Made by a program: the position numbers and the translations under genes. This document shows positions 23,875-34,329 of a stretch of 64,000 nt of DNA, one piece after another. The stretch is taken from positions 113,214,001-113,278,000 of the forward strand of contig NC_058368.1 of assembly GCF_018350175.1 (NCBI RefSeq), in the 5' to 3' direction. Below the pieces are notes generated by a model that worked only from the letters and a program-made list of their open reading frames with translations, was not told where the DNA came from and searched no databases. Position 1 is the stretch's first letter; each line of letters opens with the position of its first letter. The DNA is from Felis catus. Its lineage: Eukaryota.

Positions 23875-25871
23875 ATGCTTCATTGGTATTGGCTGCTTCT
23901 AATCTGGACCCCTTCTGTAGACCTAGGTTCCTCATCATGTGACCCATGTATTCGCATAACCAGGTCAGGCCAGGGAGTCACTTGGTCCTTACTATACCAT
24001 ACCCACTTCTCATGCCAGGGAAAGGTCCTGCAGACCTCAGTACACTAGAAGACCACCTGTTCTATCTGCCAATGGGAGAGTCAACAGACTTGTTTTGACC
24101 TGCACTACTTCCCAACAGAAGAATGGCTAGAGGTCTGGAGTCACCCCAAGTCAGGCACCACCGGTGTGGGCTGAGCAATGAACAAAATTCAAACTACCAG
24201 TCCAAGCCAGCCGTTGTCTATATTCTTTGATGTATGTACAGCCACAGGCGACACGTTGCCGTATGGTTTGCCATGTGGAGGTCTGGCATGGGAAGGAGGG
24301 TACCAACTCTATGCTGAATACATGTGTGAGGGGTCTGGTATGCCCTAGGCACCAAATTCTTCTTCCTTATTGGAGCCGTGTCACATGGGCCACCTGGCAG
24401 ACTAAAGACAAAGCAGCCCTCCTCCGAAAGGGCATGGCTGTGTCAAACTGCCAATAGGGAACCTGTAACCCTGTAAATTTTACCATCCTTGACTCAGGAG
24501 TTTCAAAATGGAAAACCAACCACCAGATTAGTACACTTATCTATGGGTTGGGCACAGACCCAGGAACCTTGTTATATTTTAAAGAGAGTTACAGTCACAC
24601 ATAAGGCCATAACCCACCAAGTCTTTCACTCCTTTTATGAAGAAATGGAAATCCTCCCTCTTCCTGTTTCTGTCATGATGAAACATCTGTTTCTAGTCAT
24701 AGCAGAGACTATAGTTCAGACTCTAAAGTTCTCTTTTTGTTATGTATGCGGGGGAACCGACATGGGGGAATCAATGGCCACGGGAGGCTACTGGATTAGA
24801 TCCCCATGAACCTCATAGTGGAACAGAATGTGCCAGTCCTACTACTCGGGTTTGGCTCTCAAAACCTCAATTATTGGGAAAAAAAACTGCCTTACCCGGT
24901 GGGGAAGGAATCTTACCATCTCTGTTAGAAGCTTAAAATGCCTAGCCCAAAGATTTTATAACTCATCCACCTGAGAAACCCAATGGTGGGGGTCCCCAGA
25001 GCACCTTCAGCCAGATCCCCACCCCTTGTCTAACTTCTCTCATCTCTGTGAGGCCTAGGACAATGCCGATGCAGCCATTGGACAGTGGGCCCCAGGTGGA
25101 CTATAGTGGATATTTGGAAGGACAGCCTATACAGTACTTCCCTCAGGCTGGTCCGGGTCATGTGTGCTGGGAACTATTTGTTCATCTTTCTTCCTGCTAC
25201 CGCTTGCTAGAGGTTAACATTTAGGAGTCCAGGTATATGGAGGCAGGGAGACTCAAAGGAAATGATGTGTCCTACAAATTGGCAATTGGAAGAATGATGA
25301 ATAGCCTCCTGAACATAGAATCCAATATGATGGCCCTGCCACCTGGGCAGAGGATGGGTCCTGGGGCTACCGCACTCCCATTTATATGCTAAACTGCATA
25401 ATCAGACTCAAATGATAACCAGTGAGACCTCCAGAGCTCTTAACTTACTAGCCAGGCAGCAAACCACGATGTGCAATGCCATCTGTCAAAATCGCTTGGC
25501 CTTAGGATTACTTGCTTCTGAGAGAAGAGTTCGTGGAAAGTTTAACCTGAGAAACTGCTGCCTACAGATAGATGAGGAAGAAAAGGTCATAGAAGAGGTC
25601 ACAGGTCAAATAAGAAAGGTTGTTCTTGTCCCAGTCCAGACCTGGGATGGTTGGAACTCCAGCGAGTTATTTGGAGAATGGTTCCCAACTCTCGGGAGTG
25701 TCAAAACCCTCCTAAGTATTATTCTCTTGATTTTGGGAGCTTGCTTAATCCTACCTCACCAATCTCACCTGGTTATATGGTTCGTCTCCAGCCTCATTGA
25801 GCCAATGGTTGAAAGGAAAATGGCCGTGCCTATGGAAATTTAAACCTCTAAACCAAGATGATGGTCTTTGA
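23875..25871 (+). pseudogene. ERV env pseudogene, ERV3/HERV-E-like
   Basis: Signal peptide MLHWYWLLLIW; CDPC (CxxC); LLYHTH; CYVCGGTDMG; degenerate furin site [27 protein letters not shown]-like QNRLAL; degenerate CX6CC (RGKFNLRNCC); TM anchor LLSIILLILGACLIL. Multiple stops and frameshifts. Confidence 0.92.
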
Positions 25872-25895
25872 CCCAAATTAGGGCGTCTGAGCATC

Positions 25896-25908
25896 AAAGG
25901 GGGGAAAG
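25896..25908 (+). other. Retroviral polypurine tract
   Basis: aaaggggggaaag lies just after the env end and is immediately followed by TG. Confidence 0.85.
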
Positions 25909-26193
25909 TGGTAGAGCCCCTCCCTAAGGAAGGCAACATGGCCCAACCAATTCCCATACATGTATGTAGAACTCTGTCCTGACTCTGTGACTTGGGACTG
26001 TGTCCAGTCAGACTCTATGTGTCACCATATATGGGAGCCAAAGAGGTAGAAATTGCATCCAATGCTACACTCCACTGCGCTTGGACCTCAGACTTTTGGG
26101 GTTTTGGCCCGTTGAGCCCCCGCTGGCATGAATACCACTGTTTTCTGGAAAGAAGAGCTTTGGTGTCCCGCCTGTGTGAGAATCCCGCTACCC
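25909..26193 (+). mobile_element. ERV 3' LTR (~285 bp)
   Basis: Starts TGGTAG after the PPT and ends CTACC(c), an imperfect terminal inverted repeat. TATA-like catatat near 26026; degenerate polyA signal (aatacc) near 26131. Confidence 0.65.
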
Positions 26194-26599
26194 TCTCTGA
26201 AATTTGAGTTAGGTAACCCAGAGACCAATCCTTTAAGCAGCCTCCAGACAGGTTATAATATTGCAAAAAAAAAAAAAATGTTCTCTTGTGGTTTATGGAA
26301 TTGGGAATTGGGCTGCCACCCCCTCTAGATATAAGGCCAGGCTGCACTGGGAAGAGAGTGGTCTAGGGCAAGTCAAGACATCCTGAAATGTCCTGCCATT
26401 TTGAATGTGGCTTTTTGTTGATTGGGTATTAAGTTGGATCCTACAGGCTTTTACTTTTTTTACAGAGATCTTATTTATTTAAGTTTTCAGTGTTTTTAAA
26501 CACTGGGTGAATGAAGCCTTTGGAGCTTCTTATTATGTCATTTTGCTTCATCTGTTGCTTTTGAGGCTTTCATACTTGATGAGGGAATGAGACATGACA

Positions 26600-27250
26600 C
26601 AAAGCATCGTGTTGGAAATACACACAGGGTGCTAGAGGAGAAGAGCGATTGAGAAAGGTTCCCAGGGAAGTAATAATCGAGCTGAGGCTCCTGGGATTTC
26701 CAGGTAAAGACACTCTCAAGAACACAGGCAGAAGCTTGAGAAGGGCGGAGTGCTTAGAAAGAAGTGAGAATTTGAGAAGTGAGGAGTGCAAGTGGACAAA
26801 GAAATACAGAGAAATCGATTACAAAGGAGCTTGTTTGCCAAGCCACGTAGTGTATATATGGTCTTGAAAGGGAAGAGAAACCTTGAAAATTAGGGTAGTG
26901 ACACGATCAAATTTTCCTTTAGAGTAAATTACTCTGGCAGCAGCAGCATGCTGGATGGATCGGAGCTGGATAAGGATACGGTCACTAGTGAAAATATTCC
27001 TAGGAACATTGAGAAAGATGATGGTGGTCAGAATCATGACAGTGGTGGTAAGAAAGCGAGGAAAATAGATCTAGAAAGATGAACAAACAGAGGCTAGTGA
27101 CTTACTTGAGCTTGGGAAAGAAAACCAGAGATGCTGGTGCCATTCCTGAAGTCAAGGAATGTAGGGAGAGAAACCGCGAAGAGAAAGCTGATGGATTAAT
27201 TTTAAATCATGTCAGACATTGTGGTAAATTGTTTTTGTTGTTAGAAGAAA
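26600..27250 (-). mobile_element. L2 fragment
   Basis: gtgacacgatcaaattttcctttagagtaaattactctggcagc resembles the antisense L2 core. Confidence 0.6.
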
Positions 27251-27330
27251 GTGAAACATGCGGATGAGGCTGACGCCCCTGTTGGCTATCAGACACAATC
27301 CCAGTCCTCCTCTTAGAAGTCACCACCGCT

Positions 27331-27515
27331 GGGGTCCCTCGGTGGCTCAGTCAGGTGAGCATCCAGCCCTGGATTTCAGCTCAGGTCATGACCTTACAGT
27401 TGGTGAGATGGAGACCATGGAGGGCTCTGTGCTGACAGTGCGAAGCCTGCTTGGGATTCTCTCTCTCCCTCTCTCTCTCCCCCTCCCCCATTCATGCTAT
27501 GTGTCTCTGTCACAG
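27331..27515 (+). mobile_element. Older Can-SINE lacking its tail
   Basis: ggggtccctcggtggctcagtc head and (CT)n region. Confidence 0.85.
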
Positions 27516-28010
27516 TAACACTACCACCAGCTTAGTGTGTGTTCTTTCAGGCCTTGCACTGTGTATTTCCACACTCCCCATAATTCCTTTTAGATACCTA
27601 ATATAGTCTATATTTTATACACCCCAGTTTTTTTCTTCACACAACTGATAATGTAGACGTTTTTCTCACTCAGTGCATATGAAGTTAAGTCATTCTTTTG
27701 ACTGTTGTGTCGTATTCCAGACGAGTCACCCATCGGGCCCATTGATGGATGTTTTGGCTTTGTCCCAGTTTTCCTGTGCTAACAGTGATGTTGCAGTGGA
27801 TATACATTTCTATGGGTTTTTTTTTTTTTTTTTTTGCAAATTATTTGATTTTTCGCCCTCTACTAGTTACCCAGAAGTGGAATTGCTGGGTCCTATGGGG
27901 TATGTTCTTATTTTGATAGTTGTTGCCAAACTGCCCTCCCTGTGGGTGCTGTGACTGCACAGTGTGCAAGGTGTTTATACCATATTCTCATCAACATGTA
28001 ACATGGCTTT

Positions 28011-28218
28011 ATTTATTTATTTATTTATTTTTGAGACAGAGAGAGACAGAGCATGAACGGGGGAGGGGCAGAGAGAGAGGGAGACACAGAATCAGAAGTA
28101 GGCTCCAGGCTCTGAGCCATCAGCCCAGAGCCCGATGCGGGGCTCGAACTCACGGACCACGAGATCGTGACCTGAGCTGAAGTCGGACGCTTAACCGACT
28201 GAGCCACCCAGGCGCCCC
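28011..28218 (-). mobile_element. Can-SINE within old L1 fragments (~27520-28600)
   Basis: TSD atgtaacatggcttt. Confidence 0.94.
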
Positions 28219-29954
28219 AATGTAACATGGCTTTTTAAAGTGAAAAACGATAGATCGTGGCTTTGTTTCTCTGATCATCCGTGAGGTTAGGCATGGTTCC
28301 CTTGCCATTTGTCTGTCTTCTGTGAATTGCTTGTTTTCATCGTTTCCCCATTAGTCTGTTGGACCTTTGGCTTAGGGATTTAGGAGTCAAAAAATATTTA
28401 TATCCTAATCCTTCATCTGTTTTATGTCACCGGTATCTTCCTTAGTCTCTTGTTTATCTTGCCAGTTTGTTTATGATGTTGTTAATTTGGATGGAAAAAA
28501 TGTATCAATCTCGTCCTTTATGGCTCAGGTTTGTTAGAACAGCCTTGCTGACTCTTGCCGTCATGGGCATAACCGCTCCGTTTCATCTCACCTTTTTCAT
28601 TTTTTAAGTTATCAGTGGGAAATTCTAGAATTATGTAAATGGAAAGCGATGTCTAAGAATGGAGTGGTGGTCAAAACACACACTCAAGATACGGATTGGG
28701 GGTTCCTCAGAGTAGAGGAGGTGGTTGAAACCAACGGCAAACAAAATAGTGTCCAGAGAAAGCATGTCAAGTTAAGTTCACAGAGCAACCAGGTTTTATT
28801 CACACTTGTATTCCTAGAACTGAATGTGGTGCCAGCCTCCAGTGGCATTCGTCAATACAACATCTATTCATCTAAAAATCTATAAATAAATCTGTAAAGG
28901 CCCGTTGAGTGAACACATCTTAAAATCTTCCTCTTTCCTTGAATCAATTTGTCAAAGCAAATCTTACAAGTGGGTAAGCGTTGCGAGAAGGTGCTGTGAC
29001 CTTTTGGCTTACCTGTATCACCAAAGCTGGACACTGGCTTCTAGTTCTCATTCCTTTGGTCCTGCCCTTTAAATGAACCAAGGTGGCATCTGTGAAGTCA
29101 CAGCTGGAGGAGCAAGGTGATATTTGACCTGCACAACTGTGCTGATTTGAGATGAATTTGGAGTGTGTCCATGAATGCCAACATCTCTTTGCTGTATCCT
29201 GTAACACCCCTAGAGTATTCATATTGGTCATTGTTCTCCTGACATTAGTTATTTTGTGGATTTATGAAGCGCCTTTCCCTGAACTGTCAATCTACAAATT
29301 GTCTGTAAAATCTACTCTGTGGGGTAAAGGAATAGAATTATTCATAAGATAGTTTCTACCTCAGCTCGGGGTGAAATTACTCACTCAGGGTATAATTAAG
29401 TCATAGACACACTGGCCTGAATGTGGATAAAGGTGGAAAGGAGATAATTCCTGTTCCAATTTGGGTGCTTTCTGATGTTTGACGAGCCTCTGGTGGGTTA
29501 ATCCACGAACTGTGGAGAACCCAGAATTCCCTGTAAAGGAGACTGGGTTGTTTTTTTTGTTGTTGTTTTTTTGTGTTTTAGTTTCAGGAGAATTGGAGAA
29601 GAACTGACAGGGGAGGGAAGGAATAGGCAGAACTGGAAAAGCTTAAGGTTGTAAACAGGAAGACAACACTGAAATCCGATAGGTCAAAACTATGTAACAA
29701 AGGTAAAGCGTAGAAAAGGTGGAAGCAGCAAAAATAAGGGTTAGGTGCTCTAGACTGAGTGGACACAGATTGTGCTGAGAGGGGCCAGGACAGGCTCGAC
29801 CACAGCAGGTATTCTTCCCTGCCATGTACAGAAGCACAGGAGAGGTCGGCATTGGCAGTCCCCTTTGCCCCTACTGTTTGTTCTCCGGAGAGCGGGTGTG
29901 GACATAGCCAGGTGAGTTCACATGCAAGATAAGAAAATACAAAGACATTCAGAT

Positions 29955-32900
29955 GTTGCAGACAAATTAAAATTTATTGAGACAGACAGAAATGCACCTA
30001 CTTAGGACTACAGTTAAAGCATTTACTATTAACCAAAGAGTCGTGTTCACATTCCAGATAAGTCTACGTGGAAAAGCATTCAGAATTTACTAGGTTTTTC
30101 TACATCACTATTTCATCTACAATAGGGACAACAAAATGACACTCGGATTTGGTGGGCTCTCATTACAATGCTACACATTGAACAGGGACAAACATCAGTG
30201 ACTTTGAGAAAAAGGTATAAAAAGACCAAAACCACCCACTGTAGAAAGGGCTCTTAGATGTTACTGTACAATGTGGTCAAGGTAAAAAATGCAAACAAAA
30301 CAAATGTGAATTGCATTCTGGGAAAAGTAGAGGGGCAGACCTGGACAGACACGTAGTCATTGACTGCTGGGCGTGGGGAAATGGGCATAAAGAAGGGGAA
30401 ACTGATCACCAAACCTCAGATTGAATATCAAGGTATTCCCATGCCTAGAATATCTGCAGAAACAAAAAGACATTAATATGGCAGACAACTAACTATGGTG
30501 GAAGAAAATTCTGGGGTTTAAGTTGGATGCCGAGGAAACGGTATTAAATAAGAGAACCATTTATGGAATAAGAATAAAACTATTTACTAGAGTTTCCAAA
30601 AATGAGTCGGTGAGGATTCAGTTCATGAACTGTCTCAAAAAAAAAGGTAATCGATTATCATGGTATTATTTTTTTTAATCAACATTCTTATGTATTCTTA
30701 GTTGCTAGCAAAAATGCTCCTGCCCAAAAGGAAGAAATCAAAAATTTCACTTCTAAAGATAAAGTTTCTAAAAATTGTACTAAAGCCCTTTAAAAATCCA
30801 GTGATGTCATGCCAAAGTTGAGGCACGAAAAGTGGTGTTAATGTTGGTTGGTCCATTGATTTCGGGTTTCCGGTCTTAGGAGGGCTTTTTAGTTTAATAT
30901 CTTCATGAATCAAAATATCTTCTTGGAGTATCTTTGAAAATGAGCATCTCGTTAGCTTACTGGGAACTGACTACAGAGCACACTCTTCTCCATCATTAAG
31001 TGAATGCTAAGAATCTTTAAGTGTCATCTTATTTTGACACTTGTCATAAGATAATTAGGCAAATTAAAATCAGTGGTTCTCTGTTCCTCGAAGTTTCTCT
31101 AAGTGAAATCAGTTAGTCGATTTTAATTTGTTCCCTTGTGCATTTTTCCAAGCTCAGAGAGACAGTAACAATGGTTTTCTCTGATGGTGTAAACTGAGAT
31201 TTTTTTTAATGTCTTGATTCTTTTATATACTCTATTATAATTTAGCTGCAATTAAACACCTGTTTTCTAAATTATGATCTTGGTGTTTCGTTCAGGTGAG
31301 AAAAAAAAATTGAAACAGGGATGATGCAGTTGAAATCCCAATACAGAGCTTGCCTCTGGCCTCTCTATACCTACAGTCCTGGTTGTACCCGTGTATATTA
31401 GGCCAAAGAAGTTTATTGTATCAAGTATGTTCATTTCCCATCTGAGACTAACTCTAGAGATGATGCCACTTTGGCCAATGCTAGGATTGGAAAATGCTGG
31501 TTTGAGGCGGGTTGACAGAGTACAAAGTGTTTTTTTGCCTGAGTTTTATGTGGTTGTCTTGTGGATGGGCTGGAATTCATGATGAACGAAAACAAACAAC
31601 AACAAAAAAATGTGGGCCAGAAAGCCTTGCTGGGTGGCTGATGAGGGTATCCAGGAAGCTGGAAACCAGGTGGAGCAGGAGCTTAAGGGCTGGTACTGAA
31701 CTAAATGGGACCACTTGAGGACTATTCTTTGGTACTTTGTATCTGAGTCAGCTTTGATAGGGTCAGAAATTCTGAAAACGATAGAGATAATGACCCTACC
31801 AAATTTGGAGACAGACTCTAATCGTGAACTTACTTCGGGAAAAGAAACACTGATGAAGGGCTTTCTTCATTGGTTTCTTGACATTGGTGCAGGTGAGGTG
31901 ATAGGGACAGGACTAGCCGGTAAAAATCCAACCCTAGCTTCTCTGTGCTACGATGAAGTTCTTTTTGGCCTCCGTGTGGGATTTTTTACAAAGGATGAGT
32001 GGTGGTGTAAAATCTGTACAGTTCGTGGACCCTCATTATGATCTGTGGATAGAAATGGGGCAAAAGCAAAACCTTAGATTAAGAATCCGGAATTTTCTTC
32101 TGCTAAGGAACACTGTGGTATTGTCTTCTCGGAGAGCAGGGGATATGATATGGAGACATGCCTTGGAAAAAGCCCTTGCGTAGGTAGGGAAGGTGAGAAC
32201 CTGTGGCGGACAGGATTGTTGCAGCCCGGGGTGGGCTTGGAGCTGAAATGAAAGAGATGGCTTGTGAAGTTGCCCATGTGGGAGTCTCATGGCTTCTGCA
32301 AGAAAAGTGATTTAGGCGGACAGAGGCTTATCCAAATCAAAGGGCTTCCAGGAACTCTGCTAATGCATAGGGGAAGGAGCATCCTCAGCCTGCAGGCTGC
32401 AAGTGCTGTTAGTGCAAAAAAAGGACTTTGATACAAATTTCTTATTCCAGAAATTGTGATCCAGGTCTGGACAGGCTGATAAATCTAGAATTGTTTTTCA
32501 GATGAGTTTTTAGAGGATCTTGAAACACTTTTTTCTGAGAGGTGTGTGTGTGCACCTTGTACACGTACAGTCTGTTCTGTACATATTCAAGCATGTACAG
32601 AGAGAAGCGTCCAGACACCATTTTTTATTAAGGAAATCAATTCCCCAGAGGAACTCTTGACTGAATTAAGGCTCTTGTTTGTAGGAAGCCAGATAGAGTG
32701 ATATGAAAACTAATTTTTAGTTATTAACACCCGGGGTGGTGGGGCTAGGGGGGAAAAAAAGTACAGTGTGGTGTGTTTTCCACGACATCTACAGGACACA
32801 AGAAAAGCACTTAGACACCGTAAGGCCGGGAACCATGCTGGAATAACCACTGGTGTGGGTAATCAAAAAGCATCTTTGACGTTTACAAGGTGGGGGCTCC

Positions 32901-33207
32901 CTGCACTGTCAGAATCCCACATAAATCACATGCTTGTTGCAAAAATCTCATGGGAGGGAAGGGGGCTCGAATTCAGCCAGCCATTCCCCATCTAAAAAAC
33001 AAAACACAACACCCTTCTTCCCACACAAGCGTATGCAAAACCAGAATGCTCTGGGGACAAGAAGTGGTCTCCCAAACCTCGGGTCGGGTACAGAGAGCAA
33101 CAATGGAGAAGAGGCCTTGGTGCTGCGGAGTCTTATGAGATACAAACGCAGGAGTAGGAAGTGACTTGCAATTCTGTGTGCACCTCGTGTCCTCTTCCCG
33201 GTGGGGA
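29955..33207 (-). other. SPOCK1: SPOCK1 3' UTR (~3.25 kb, inferred)
   Basis: No recognisable interspersed repeat from the stop codon to a canonical AATAAA that is followed by CA dinucleotides and a U/GU-rich element. The end position is inferred. Confidence 0.8.
29973..29978 (-). terminator. Distal polyadenylation signal AATAAA of SPOCK1
   Basis: Plus-strand tttatt. Downstream on the minus strand: TTTTAATTTGTCTGCAACATCTGAATGTCTTTGTATTTTCTT. Confidence 0.75.
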
Positions 33208-33398
33208 CTACCATATGTACCCGACCTCGTCCTCTTTGTCGTCATCCTCGTCCTCGTCATCCTCTGTCACTGCCCGGGTGTGCACCCTCAGCTTGCCCAA
33301 TCTGTCCTTTGGTCCCAGCTCCCGTTCATCCTCCAGGTCGTCTAGCAGGACCACAGAGCCACCACTGCCAAAATCCCCTGACGTTTCCTGCTCCTCTT
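33208..33398 (-). CDS. SPOCK1: SPOCK1 terminal coding exon (probably exon 11): acidic C-terminus with Ser-Gly glycosaminoglycan attachment sites
   Basis: atttcag|AA GAG GAG...ATA TGG TAG. Translation (E)EEQETSGDFGSGGSVVLLDDLEDERELGPKDRLGKLRVHTRAVTEDDEDEDDDKEDEVGYIW*. Confidence 0.98.
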
Positions 33399-33856
33399 CT
33401 GAAATATTAAGAAGGAAGACAAGACGGAGGATTAGTTTCTCTTTATACCTTATGACCATAAGAATGGTTCCTTCGCATGTGACTCAACTGTAGGGAAAAA
33501 CCATGCAATTCACTCTCTGAATACTGGGTCCTCCCAGGCTGGAGGGACCACAGGCTTTGGGGGCCCCCAGAATTCTTGAGATGCTTCTACCTTCTGGGGT
33601 AGAACTGTGGGCGGTTTATCGAAGTCCCTCTCTGCCTGCGACAGTTCCTCACTGTTACCCAATCTCCTGCTCATGGTGAGTCCCTGCCACTCCAGAAGCT
33701 AGCTATGCATAATCACGTGTGCTTTATTCACATCACCATTGTAACCTTGTTCGCTGTAGACCACGGATAGGTCTTGAAATTTCCCTGCCCAGGGCTTTAT
33801 TCAGTCAGGACGTGCAAGCCGTCATGGTGGGGCTGATGCAGGAAGACCTTACTCAC

Positions 33857-33994
33857 CACAGCTCACAGTGCCCTGTTTCCTGGAGCCAGCCAGCTCGTTT
33901 CCGTATTTATCCACACACCAGCACTGCCCTGTGCTCCCGTGGCACTGTGTGGCTTTGTAATAGCCCTCCTCATTACACCGAGGTATGAATGCTC
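33857..33994 (-). CDS. SPOCK1: SPOCK1 coding exon (probably exon 10, 138 nt), thyroglobulin type-1 domain
   Basis: ttccctcag|GA GCA TTC...AGC TGT G|gtgagt. Translation (G)AFIPRCNEEGYYKATQCHGSTGQCWCVDKYGNELAGSRKQGTVSC contains the CWCV motif. Confidence 0.97.
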
Positions 33995-34329
33995 CTGAGG
34001 GAATAAAAGGTCCAATTTGAATCAGAGGTGCCCTGATACTCGGGGGTGATGCCCTCCAAGACGGAGAAGAGGGCTAACCTATCAGACCGGGTACTTCTTG
34101 CAGAGCTAGCAGGGGAGAATGGGGCCGTTGGTTATTACTTACTCAAGATGACAAGTCCCTGGGTTTGCTCAAGGTTAGACAGGATCCCTTCTTTGATGGG
34201 TTCTTACGTTTCCCCTCTAAATGGTGAATGGGTCCTACTCTTACAACTGGTTAATATTTTTTCAGTTTTACTGAGCTAGAATTGATGGGCAGCCTTGTGG
34301 AATGTCAACTGTAGAGCCAAATTTGACTC

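Larger units (their letters stand above)
22738..26193 (+). mobile_element. Decayed class I (gamma-like, ERV1) endogenous retrovirus, 5'-deleted: IN remnant, env, PPT, 3' LTR
   Basis: Frameshifted translations give IN zinc-finger and DTF motifs, a GPF/Y-like C-terminal module, SU/TM env motifs, a purine tract and a TG-initiated LTR. No gag, pro, RT or 5' LTR is visible. Confidence 0.93.

Noticed and set aside
25412..25843. Possible functional syncytin-like gene
   Set aside because: No signal peptide in frame, upstream stops, and damaged furin site and CX6CC motif.
31391..32290. Plus-strand ORFs antisense to the 3' UTR as a possible viral insert
   Set aside because: Short, scattered across frames, with no recognisable motifs.
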